Assembly: GCA_001785735.1 (NCBI GenBank)
Contig: MFUP01000005.1
Coordinates: 1-55,200, forward strand
Reading direction: 5' to 3'
DNA length: 55,200 bases
Origin: Candidatus Nomurabacteria bacterium RIFCSPLOWO2_01_FULL_33_24
Lineage (GTDB): Bacteria > Patescibacteriota > Minisyncoccia > Phycocordibacterales > MFUP01
Positions within the stretch are counted from its first letter, which is position 1. Each line of letters opens with the position of its first letter. The translations under genes were made by a program, and so were the position numbers. Positions 30,601-37,459 of this stretch are shown piece by piece. The notes beneath the pieces are model-generated. The model saw only the letters and a list, made by a program, of their open reading frames with translations. It was not told the DNA's origin and searched no databases.

Positions 30601-31545
30601 AATAGCCGCGTCCTCATCTTCAACTTTATTCGTTCTACTTCATCTGTTACTAATACTACCGTTGGCGATACTTATTCAGAAACATTATCTAGTACTAATA
30701 GCCAAGGAACAGTTACCTGGGCAGTTTCTAGTGGGTCTTTACCACCCGGTCTTTCCCTAGATTCTTCCACTGGAATAATTAGTGGCGCTTCTCTTATTGC
30801 TGGAACAACCACTTTCTCCGTTCAAGCCACAGATACTACCGCTACCGGGACATTCTTATCTCCTCCCCACCCTTTAACTATTATTGTTTCTGAATCACAA
30901 GGAACCGGAGCAATAGCTACCCCAGAAGAAGCCAGACAAGACCCTGCCGGAGGCAGTGAAAGCGGAGCGCCTGATTCTGGAGGAGAAGCGATTTCTTTCT
31001 ATATCAACAACGGAGTCCCGGAAACAAACAACTCTAAAGTTACTCTTAATTTTTCAGCTGTCACTAATCCGGAAATTAAATCATTAACTATTTCAACTAA
31101 CCCAGATCTTGAAGATTCTGTTATTCAAGATTATCAAGATAATTTAATTTATAATCTCTGCCAAAATCAAGAAACTTGCCAGGAAGGAGAATATACTTTA
31201 TATACAAAACTATATACCAAGTGGGGAAGAACAACTGATATTCTTTCAGATTCCATTTATTACCGACCTCAACCCAATAGTGACCAATCTTTAGTTAAAA
31301 CTAATGAAAAAATAATTAATTCCCCAATAATAAAAGAGGTTAAAAACGAAGTTCCTCAAAATACAAAATCATCAAAAACAATTTTTATTGTTCAACCATG
31401 GAGTAATGAAAATTGGGTTAATTCTACTCTAAGCGGTATTGCTTTCCAATCTAACCTCTCCATCAAAAATGTTCTTAAATTAAACCCTGAAATTACCAAT
31501 AGAGATCTTGTTAAAGTAGGACAGAAGATTATATTAGGAGATTGA
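27643..31545 (+). CDS. Giant surface protein: N-terminal signal/anchor, many NHL-type beta-propeller repeats, internal two-TM hairpin, Ig-like (LPPGLSLDSSTGIISG) domain, C-terminal LysM-like domain
   Basis: 1300 aa. Recurrent unit ...NVLGQxDFTSxxxxTTQSGMxxPxGLAYDSxNNRLFVxDxxNNRVLVFD. C-terminus ...KLNPEITNRDLVKVGQKIILGD. Confidence 0.85.
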   Translation: MAYKIIIFSIIIFLFLLITPFTQAAYNASDCLGQLDSSNACVYTKGLTNNSGGNRGLNGVRYSEIDIVNHRLFVSDQLNNRVLIYNLDSSNNLIDRVADKVLGQPNFTTNIPAVTQNGMTQPLGLAYDATNNRLFVVEPSINRILVFNVASITDGESAVNVLGQTDFISSAPAVTQSGLSIPNDVTYDSANDRLFVDNLGSHRVVIYNTAIITDGEDAVNVLGQTDFISSTPATTQNGMWGPRGVTYDSVNNRLIVGDRVNHRVLFFDISSITDGEDAVNVLGQADFTSQTIATTQSGLHFPYGIDYDSTNNRLFVADLFNNRVMVFDTRVKVHSASGYFYKDVDGSNTVTASDIRHSSAISVISAYSATGANEVIVVDTTLTDSSDEVLSFGTITTGQTIILTETGADTNTIGAITGTLVSTGGFTCTAYDADNGGGSSTTAMASIQSVKCINGSANVVVFNTDTDLVTDLVAESTTITLITSTYASGATVASTDSDLGLTVSFTNANGYNADNVLGQSDFVSSTAATTQSGMSSPIGLVYDSANNRIYVPDLTNNRVSIFDVASITDGENAVDLLGQLDSSDSPVYTTAYTNNVTTNNIGFNITHGVVLDTINHRLFVSDRDNNRILIYELDANNNLVDRLPERVLGQSNFTSNMATTTQSGLSSPRFLTYDSANNRLFVAEVGNDRILVFDVVSITNGENAVNVLGQADFTSNSTGVTQSTVNNPAGLAYDSTNGRLFVTDNTNNRVLVFDVASITDGENAVNVLGQTNFTSNSTATTQSGMNNPNSLAYDSANNRLFVSDYINNRVLVFDVTSITNGENAVYVLGQVDFTSSANALAAFGNLNIPWYVYVLVTILLIILLLFTSKHLPKWVAVVITILIILLIIFGFLVYVAFGGLSQMGMSNPSAPSYDSVNNRLFVSDNSNNRILLFDTTTINNGENAIAILGQDDYVTNTAKTTQDGIYSPSGLAYDSSLNRLYFSDGTNSRVLIFNFIRSTSSVTNTTVGDTYSETLSSTNSQGTVTWAVSSGSLPPGLSLDSSTGIISGASLIAGTTTFSVQATDTTATGTFLSPPHPLTIIVSESQGTGAIATPEEARQDPAGGSESGAPDSGGEAISFYINNGVPETNNSKVTLNFSAVTNPEIKSLTISTNPDLEDSVIQDYQDNLIYNLCQNQETCQEGEYTLYTKLYTKWGRTTDILSDSIYYRPQPNSDQSLVKTNEKIINSPIIKEVKNEVPQNTKSSKTIFIVQPWSNENWVNSTLSGIAFQSNLSIKNVLKLNPEITNRDLVKVGQKIILGD
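28279..28494 (+). repeat. Exact 36-nt direct repeat inside the NHL gene, copies 180 nt apart
   Basis: actgacggagaagacgccgtaaatgttctaggtcaa at 28279-28314 and 28459-28494, read directly. Confidence 0.9.
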
Positions 31546-31591
31546 CAATAAATGTGAATTTGTTAAGATAAAATGAAGCTCGAGAGAGCTT
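31542..31591 (+). promoter_or_regulatory. Promoter plus promoter-proximal hairpin upstream of rpsN
   Basis: TTGACA (31542-31547, overlapping the NHL stop codon), N16, TGTTAAGAT (-10 at 31564-31569). Then AAGCUC-GAGA-GAGCUU hairpin (31576-31591) and a U-rich tract. Confidence 0.5.
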
Positions 31592-31605
31592 GATTTTATT
31601 ATATT

Positions 31606-31791
31606 ATGGCAAAAACATCAGTAATCGCACGATCAAAAAAGAAACCCAAATTTAGTACCCGAGCAGTAAATCGTTGTTTCAAATGTGGTCGAAAACGTAG
31701 TTTTATGCGTGACTTTGGTCTTTGTAGAATTTGTTTTAGAGAACTTGCTAACGAAGGAATGATCCCGGGAGTTCGCAAATCTAGTTGGTAG
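31606..31791 (+). CDS. rpsN: 30S ribosomal protein S14, short zinc-binding (type Z) form
   Basis: 61 aa with CFKCGR...CRICF (CxxC...CxxC). Confidence 0.95.
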   Translation: MAKTSVIARSKKKPKFSTRAVNRCFKCGRKRSFMRDFGLCRICFRELANEGMIPGVRKSSW

Positions 31792-31816
31792 TTCGCCAAG
31801 AACACTATAAAAAATT

Positions 31817-32203
31817 ATGGATACAGTATCAAACATGTTAATAGCAATAAAGAACGGAAGCAATGCTTCCCACGAGTTTGTTTCAGTTCCGTATTCAAAA
31901 TTTAATCATGCTATTGCTGATTGTCTTGTCAAGAATGGTTATCTTAAATCTGTTTCTAAAAAACAAAAGAAAAAATTCCCAGTTTTAGAAATTGGCATTG
32001 CTTATAATAATAATGTTCCAAAAATTAATGATGTTAAGAGATTTTCAAAACTATCAAAACGTCTTTATTTGGGAAGTAAAAACATAAAACTAGTTAAAAG
32101 TGGTCATGGATCCATTATTTTAACAACTCCCAAAGGAGTTATTACTGGCGAAGAGGCAAGAAAGAAAAAAATCGGAGGTGAGGCCCTTTTTAAAATTTGG
32201 TAA
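31817..32203 (+). CDS. rpsH: 30S ribosomal protein S8
   Basis: DTVSNMLIAIKNG...; operon order. Confidence 0.96.
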   Translation: MDTVSNMLIAIKNGSNASHEFVSVPYSKFNHAIADCLVKNGYLKSVSKKQKKKFPVLEIGIAYNNNVPKINDVKRFSKLSKRLYLGSKNIKLVKSGHGSIILTTPKGVITGEEARKKKIGGEALFKIW

Positions 32204-32205
32204 TT

Positions 32206-32742
32206 ATGAGTCGTATCGGTAAACAAGAAATAAATATTCCTAATGGGACTGAAGTTGCTAAAAATGATAATCTTTTGATTGTTAAAGGACCAAAAGGAGA
32301 ACTTAAAAAAGAGTTTAAGGATATCATTGATATCAATATCAAAGATAAAATAATTACTCTTAAACCCCGAGTAAATAATATCGCTTCTAAAGCTCTGTGG
32401 GGAACTTATGCTTCCCATATAAAAAATATGGTTGATGGAGTAAATAATCTTTTTGAAAAGAAATTAATTGTAGAAGGTATTGGTTTTAAAACAGAGATTA
32501 ATGATCATAAACTGGTATTATCCGTTGGTTTTTCTCACAAAATTAATATCTCTCTCCCAAAAAATCTTAATGTTTCAGTTCAAAAAAACATAATTACGAT
32601 TTCTGGTGTTGATAAAGAATTAGTAGGTCAATTTTCTGCTAAAATAAGATCATTAAAAAAACCAGAACCATACAAAGGAAAAGGAATTAGATATGAGAAT
32701 GAAATTATAAGAAGAAAACAAGGGAAGAGAGCGGTTACCTAA
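32206..32742 (+). CDS. rplF: 50S ribosomal protein L6
   Basis: MSRIGKQEINIP...; ATG 32206 is preferred over the TTG at 32197. Confidence 0.96.
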   Translation: MSRIGKQEINIPNGTEVAKNDNLLIVKGPKGELKKEFKDIIDINIKDKIITLKPRVNNIASKALWGTYASHIKNMVDGVNNLFEKKLIVEGIGFKTEINDHKLVLSVGFSHKINISLPKNLNVSVQKNIITISGVDKELVGQFSAKIRSLKKPEPYKGKGIRYENEIIRRKQGKRAVT

Positions 32743-32756
32743 ATATAAATTATAAA

Positions 32757-33110
32757 ATGAAAGATATAAAAAATATTAAAACTCAAAAAAGAACTAGAAT
32801 CAGAAAGAAGATCAGGTCTAAAATAATCGGGACTAAAAATATTCCTCGTTTGTCTGTGTTTAAATCAAATAGACACATTTATGCTCAGTTAATAGACGAC
32901 GAAACAGGTAAGACTTTATGTTCTTCTTCTGATCTTTCTATAAAAAACGAAAAAAAAGAAACGAAAGCAAAAAAAGTTGGTAATTTAATCGCCAATAAAG
33001 CGAAGGAACAAAAAATGAAAGAGATCGTTTTTGACAGAAGTGGTTATAAATATACTGGCCGAATCAAATCTTTAGCAGAAGCTGTTCGCAAAGCCGGTCT
33101 AAAATTTTAA
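32757..33110 (+). CDS. rplR: 50S ribosomal protein L18
   Basis: PRLSVFKSNRHIYAQLIDD...DRSGYKYTGRIKSLAEAVRKAGL. Confidence 0.96.
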   Translation: MKDIKNIKTQKRTRIRKKIRSKIIGTKNIPRLSVFKSNRHIYAQLIDDETGKTLCSSSDLSIKNEKKETKAKKVGNLIANKAKEQKMKEIVFDRSGYKYTGRIKSLAEAVRKAGLKF

Positions 33111-33111
33111 T

Positions 33112-33621
33112 ATGATTAAAACAGATAAAAGAAACAAAAGAATATTTAAAGATAAAGTTAAATCAGAATTTGATCAAAAAATTTTAAATATTAGAAGAGT
33201 AGTTAGGGTGGTTAAAGGGGGAAGACGTTTTAGTTTTAGTGTCGCTATGATTTTAGGAGACAGAAAAGGGGCAATTTCTCTTGGAGTAGGAAAAGCTTCA
33301 GACACTGCTTTAGCTATTCAAAAAGCTGTCAGAGATGCAAAAAAAAATATGACCAAAATTAAATTAACAAAAGAAATGTCTCTTCCCCATGAAATTAAAT
33401 CAAAATTTTGTAGTTCTAAGGTAATCCTTATGCCTAATAATGGGAAAGGGCTGGTGGCTGGTGGATCAGTTAGAGATATTTTGGAGTTAGCTGGGATAAA
33501 AGATGTTAGTTCAAAAATTATTTCTAGAAGTAAAAATAAATTAAACAATGCCCAAGCAACTCTAAAGGCTCTTAGAAAATTTAAAATAAATTATGAAAAT
33601 ACACCAAGTAAAAAGAAATAA
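33112..33621 (+). CDS. rpsE: 30S ribosomal protein S5
   Basis: RRVVRVVKGGRRFSFSV...GVGKASD... Confidence 0.96.
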   Translation: MIKTDKRNKRIFKDKVKSEFDQKILNIRRVVRVVKGGRRFSFSVAMILGDRKGAISLGVGKASDTALAIQKAVRDAKKNMTKIKLTKEMSLPHEIKSKFCSSKVILMPNNGKGLVAGGSVRDILELAGIKDVSSKIISRSKNKLNNAQATLKALRKFKINYENTPSKKK

Positions 33622-34027
33622 CAAAAATAAGAAAAAGAAAACCATCGGAAGGGGAGGTTCTCGAGGAAAAACTTCTGGGAGAGGAACTAAGGGGCAAAAA
33701 TCTAGGGCTGGTCATAGTATTCGTCCAGAAATAAGAGACATAATAAAAAAAATCCCTAAAAAAAGGGGATATCGGTTTAATTCTATTAAAGATAAACCTA
33801 TTGTTATCAATCTTTCTGTCATTAATAATGAATTTAATAATGACAGTGAAATTAATCCCAAAGTTCTTATCGAAAAATTGTTGATTAATAAAAAAAAGGG
33901 ATTTATCCCAAAGGTAAAAATTTTGGGCAACGGAGAAATAGAAAAGAAAATAATTGTTTCAAATTGTTTGGTTTCTAGTAAGGCTCGAGATAAAATAATA
34001 AAAGTTGGTGGTAAAATTATAGAATAA
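33593..34027 (+). CDS. rplO: 50S ribosomal protein L15
   Basis: GRGGSRGKTSGRGTKGQKSRAG. Overlaps rpsE by 29 nt, with no L30 gene in between. Confidence 0.94.
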   Translation: MKIHQVKRNNKNKKKKTIGRGGSRGKTSGRGTKGQKSRAGHSIRPEIRDIIKKIPKKRGYRFNSIKDKPIVINLSVINNEFNNDSEINPKVLIEKLLINKKKGFIPKVKILGNGEIEKKIIVSNCLVSSKARDKIIKVGGKIIE

Positions 34028-34032
34028 TTAAA

Positions 34033-35304
34033 ATGCAAAATTTTTTACATAAAACAAAAATAGTATTACTTGATAAGAATTTACGAAACAAAATATTATT
34101 TGTTCTATTGGCTCTTATTATTTTTAGAATTTTTGCTGCCATTCCGATCCCTGGGGTTGATTCTTTGAAACTAGAACAATATCTATCTAATAATCAATTT
34201 CTTGGCATTTTAAATATTTTTTCTGGAGGAGGTCTATCAAGTTTATCAATTGTCATGCTTGGAGTTGGTCCTTATATTACCGCTTCAATTATTTTGCAAC
34301 TCTTAACTATTATGATTCCGAAATTAAAAGCTCTTTACCATGAAGAAGGAGATGCTGGACGAAAAAAGTTTATTCAATATTCTAGAATTTTAACTGTTCC
34401 TTTAGCAGCTATTCAAGGATTCGCTCTTATAAGTCTCCTTCAGCAACAAGATATTATTGCCCAATTCTCTCTTTTTAATCTTTTAACTAATCTTTTAGTT
34501 GTTGTTGGTGGGTCAATATTAATTATGTGGCTTGGAGAATTAATTTCTGAATATGGGATAGGAAATGGAGTCTCTATGATTATTTTTGCTGGAATTGTTG
34601 CTTATATTCCTTCCCAACTAGGACAATTGATTTATACTTTTGATGTTTCTCAATTAACGCTCTATATCGGCGCTCTCATGACCGCTCTCTTGATTATCAT
34701 TGGAGTAGTAATTGTTTCTGAAGGAGAAAGACCAATTCCTATAACTTATGCTAGACGAGTTAGAGGATCAAAAGTATATGGCGGTGTTTCTACCTATCTT
34801 CCTTTAAGAATTAACCAAGCCGGAGTAATGCCAATCATTTTTGCTCTCTCACTTCTTTTATTTCCTCAAATGATTGCCAATTTTTTTATTGCTATGGAAG
34901 GAGCTGTTTTTCAGAAAATAGGTTCAATTTTAAATACCTTCTCTCAAACCACCTGGCTTTATACAACCTTCTATTTTATTCTTGTTTTCTTGTTTACTTA
35001 TTTTTATACAGCGGTAACTTTTGATCCAAAATCACTAGCTACTAACTTACAAAAAAGTGGAGCTTTTATCCCAGGAATTCGGCCGGGACCGTCCACTGTC
35101 TCCTATATTGATAAAATATTAAATAGAATAACTTTAATGGGAGCGCTTTTCTTAGGATTAATAGCTGTCTTGCCGTTGATTATGAAAACAATTACTGGAA
35201 TAACCGCTTTGGCTATTGGGGGGACAGCCTTGCTCATTGTTGTTTCTGTTGTTTTGGATTTAATGAAAAAAGTTGATGCTCAAATTTCAATGAGAGAATA
35301 TTAA
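34033..35304 (+). CDS. secY: Preprotein translocase subunit SecY
   Basis: 423-aa, 10-TM protein in the canonical position after rplO. Confidence 0.96.
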   Translation: MQNFLHKTKIVLLDKNLRNKILFVLLALIIFRIFAAIPIPGVDSLKLEQYLSNNQFLGILNIFSGGGLSSLSIVMLGVGPYITASIILQLLTIMIPKLKALYHEEGDAGRKKFIQYSRILTVPLAAIQGFALISLLQQQDIIAQFSLFNLLTNLLVVVGGSILIMWLGELISEYGIGNGVSMIIFAGIVAYIPSQLGQLIYTFDVSQLTLYIGALMTALLIIIGVVIVSEGERPIPITYARRVRGSKVYGGVSTYLPLRINQAGVMPIIFALSLLLFPQMIANFFIAMEGAVFQKIGSILNTFSQTTWLYTTFYFILVFLFTYFYTAVTFDPKSLATNLQKSGAFIPGIRPGPSTVSYIDKILNRITLMGALFLGLIAVLPLIMKTITGITALAIGGTALLIVVSVVLDLMKKVDAQISMREY

Positions 35305-35307
35305 ACT

Positions 35308-35892
35308 ATGGAGATAAACTCTTATATATTTTTTGGAAAATCAGGATCAGGGAAAGGAATTCAATCCGGTTTATTAATTAAATTTTTAGAAGAAAAAAAA
35401 GACAGAAAGACACTTTATGTTCAAACAGGTCAGATTTTTCGTGAGTTTGGCAAGGAAAATAATTATACTAGTCAATTAACTCAAGGTGTTTTAGATAATG
35501 GCGGTTTACTTCCGGCTTTTATGCCAATTTGGGCTTGGACCGATTTTTTAATAAAAAATTTTAACAACCAAGAAGATTTAATTTTTGATGGAGTTTGTCG
35601 TAAATCAAAAGAGGCCCCGGTTCTTGATTCGGCTCTTGGATTTTATAAAATAAAAAATCGTTATCTTATTTATATCAATGTTTCTGATAAATGGACTACT
35701 GAAAAATTAAAAGCGAGAGGAAGAGATGATGATACTGATAAAGAGATAAAACATAGGTTAGCTTGGTTCCAAAAAGATGTTATTCCTTCTATTGAATATT
35801 TTAAAAATAACCCAGAATATATTTTTATTGAAGTTAATGGCGAACAAACAGTAGCGGAAGTTCAAAAAGAAATTCTAAACAAAATCTTCTAA
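35308..35892 (+). CDS. adk: Adenylate kinase-like nucleoside monophosphate kinase
   Basis: P-loop GKSGSGKGIQ (canonical GxPGxGKGTQ); canonical position after secY; divergent. Confidence 0.75.
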   Translation: MEINSYIFFGKSGSGKGIQSGLLIKFLEEKKDRKTLYVQTGQIFREFGKENNYTSQLTQGVLDNGGLLPAFMPIWAWTDFLIKNFNNQEDLIFDGVCRKSKEAPVLDSALGFYKIKNRYLIYINVSDKWTTEKLKARGRDDDTDKEIKHRLAWFQKDVIPSIEYFKNNPEYIFIEVNGEQTVAEVQKEILNKIF

Positions 35893-36659
35893 TGATAATA
35901 ATAAAAACACCCAAAGAAATAGAAATTATTAAAGAAGGAGGAAGGCGATTAGCAACTATTTTAGGTAAAATTAGTAAAAAGGTTGTTCCTAATATTAACA
36001 CTAAAGAGCTTGATATTTATGCAGAAGAATTAATTAGAAGCGAAGGAGACACCCCTTCTTTTTTGAATTATAAGCCAGAAAAATATGGTCAAGCTTATCC
36101 AGCTAGTCTTTGTGTTTCAATAAATGATGAAATAGTTCATGGTATTCCAAATAAAAATACTATTTTAAAAGAAGGAGATATTGTTTCTCTTGATTTGGGA
36201 TTAAAACACCAAGGTTTTTATACTGACATGGCGGTGACAGTTCCAGTTGGAAAAATAGATAAAAGACTAAAAAAACTTATTCAAATCACTAAAGAATCTC
36301 TCCATTTGGGGATTTTGTCCGCCAAATCTGGTAATCATGTTGGCGATCTTGGTTTTGTTATTCAAGAATTTGTTGAAAAAAATGGGTTTAATGTTATTCG
36401 TGATTTAGCCGGACATGGAGTCGGAAAAAAAGTCCACGAAGATCCACTCATTCTTAATTTTGGGGAAAAAGGTGAGGGGACAGAATTAAAATCGGGGATG
36501 GTTTTAGCTTTAGAACCAATGGTAACTTTAGGAAGTCCAGAAATAGTCCTCTCTAATGATGGTTTTACTTACCAAACAAAAGATAAACAAATTAGCGCTC
36601 ATTTCGAACACACCATTGTTATTACTGATAATGGTTCAGAAATTTTAACAAAAGAATAA
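35892..36659 (+). CDS. map: Methionine aminopeptidase type I
   Basis: Pita-bread fold motifs (DIVSLDLG, YTDMAVT, GHGVG, LEPM, EHT). Confidence 0.95.
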   Translation: MIIIKTPKEIEIIKEGGRRLATILGKISKKVVPNINTKELDIYAEELIRSEGDTPSFLNYKPEKYGQAYPASLCVSINDEIVHGIPNKNTILKEGDIVSLDLGLKHQGFYTDMAVTVPVGKIDKRLKKLIQITKESLHLGILSAKSGNHVGDLGFVIQEFVEKNGFNVIRDLAGHGVGKKVHEDPLILNFGEKGEGTELKSGMVLALEPMVTLGSPEIVLSNDGFTYQTKDKQISAHFEHTIVITDNGSEILTKE

Positions 36660-36661
36660 TC

Positions 36662-36687
36662 AAAAACTCCGCTAAAGCGGAGTTTTT
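36662..36687. terminator. Bidirectional intrinsic terminator (end of the ribosomal supercluster)
   Basis: AAAAACTCCGC-TAAA-GCGGAGTTTTT between convergent map and the ORF at 36710-37090. Confidence 0.8.
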
Positions 36688-36709
36688 GATTAAAAATTAA
36701 TTATCTATA

Positions 36710-37090
36710 TTAAGAAATCGCTTCCTCTAAAGAATTTTCGCTTTCCCAAATAAGTTTTCTAGCGCCACCTACTAATGTTGTGATAGTTCCGACTACTTGC
36801 ATTACTTGAGCTGGGCCACCAGTTTCAAGGCCAACAGTTTTAAATCCTTCAATAATTTCCATTCCAATACCTGTTGCTAATACTGCTCCACCCAATATCA
36901 AAAGAGCTTTCCCCCACTTTAAGGTAAATTTTCTAATGATCCTTGTCGCCCCAATGGCTTTTTCAGGATTATTTTCTAAGTCCATATTTCCAATATCTTC
37001 TTCTAGCCGGGCACTAGCCTCCTCAATATTAATTAACACCTGATTTGGAGTTTTTTCTAAGACATCAATATTTTCCCTTTCAAATTTCAT
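36710..37090 (-). CDS. Small two-TM membrane protein, unknown function
   Basis: 126 aa. Acidic N-terminal half, then hydrophobic ALLILGGAVLATGIGMEII and VMQVVGTITTLVGG. Confidence 0.55.
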   Translation of the reverse strand: MKFERENIDVLEKTPNQVLINIEEASARLEEDIGNMDLENNPEKAIGATRIIRKFTLKWGKALLILGGAVLATGIGMEIIEGFKTVGLETGGPAQVMQVVGTITTLVGGARKLIWESENSLEEAIS

Positions 37091-37133
37091 AATGATTTTT
37101 TATATTTTAATTTATAATTTAAAGCGACCTTAT

Positions 37134-37268
37134 TTATATTTTTTTTAAATCATCTCTTGTTTGATTTAAATTTTTTAACAATTCATTTAAAAGTTTGCTG
37201 GTTTCCTCTTTAGTAGCGTTGCCACTTTTAATTTTTTCAGCTAATTTTTCTAATTCTTCTTGATCCAT
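37134..37268 (-). CDS. Candidate 44-aa charged helical peptide (not in the ORF track)
   Basis: MDQEELEKLAEKIKSGNATKEETSKLLNELLKNLNQTRDDLKKI. It lies 43 nt upstream of, and co-oriented with, 36710-37090. Confidence 0.3.
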   Translation of the reverse strand: MDQEELEKLAEKIKSGNATKEETSKLLNELLKNLNQTRDDLKKI

Positions 37269-37459
37269 ATTATTTATTTCCCATTTAAGGAAGAACATTA
37301 AGTAAATAAATCGACTTTTATTAATAATAATATAATTTTATTAATTTACCTAATCCCCCTAAAGAGTGCCTATATTATATACTATAAAAGTAATATTGTC
37401 AAGTCAAAAACAAAGGCAAAAAAACTATTTAAATTAAGCTCTTATGATATAATTTTTGT

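Noticed and set aside
36710-37090. Calling the 126-aa two-TM protein a VirB2/TrbC-type T4SS pilin.
   Set aside because: Only size and a two-helix layout match. It has an acidic cytoplasmic-looking N-terminus instead of a long signal peptide, and there are no other T4SS genes. It is kept only as a speculative note within the VirD4-like finding.
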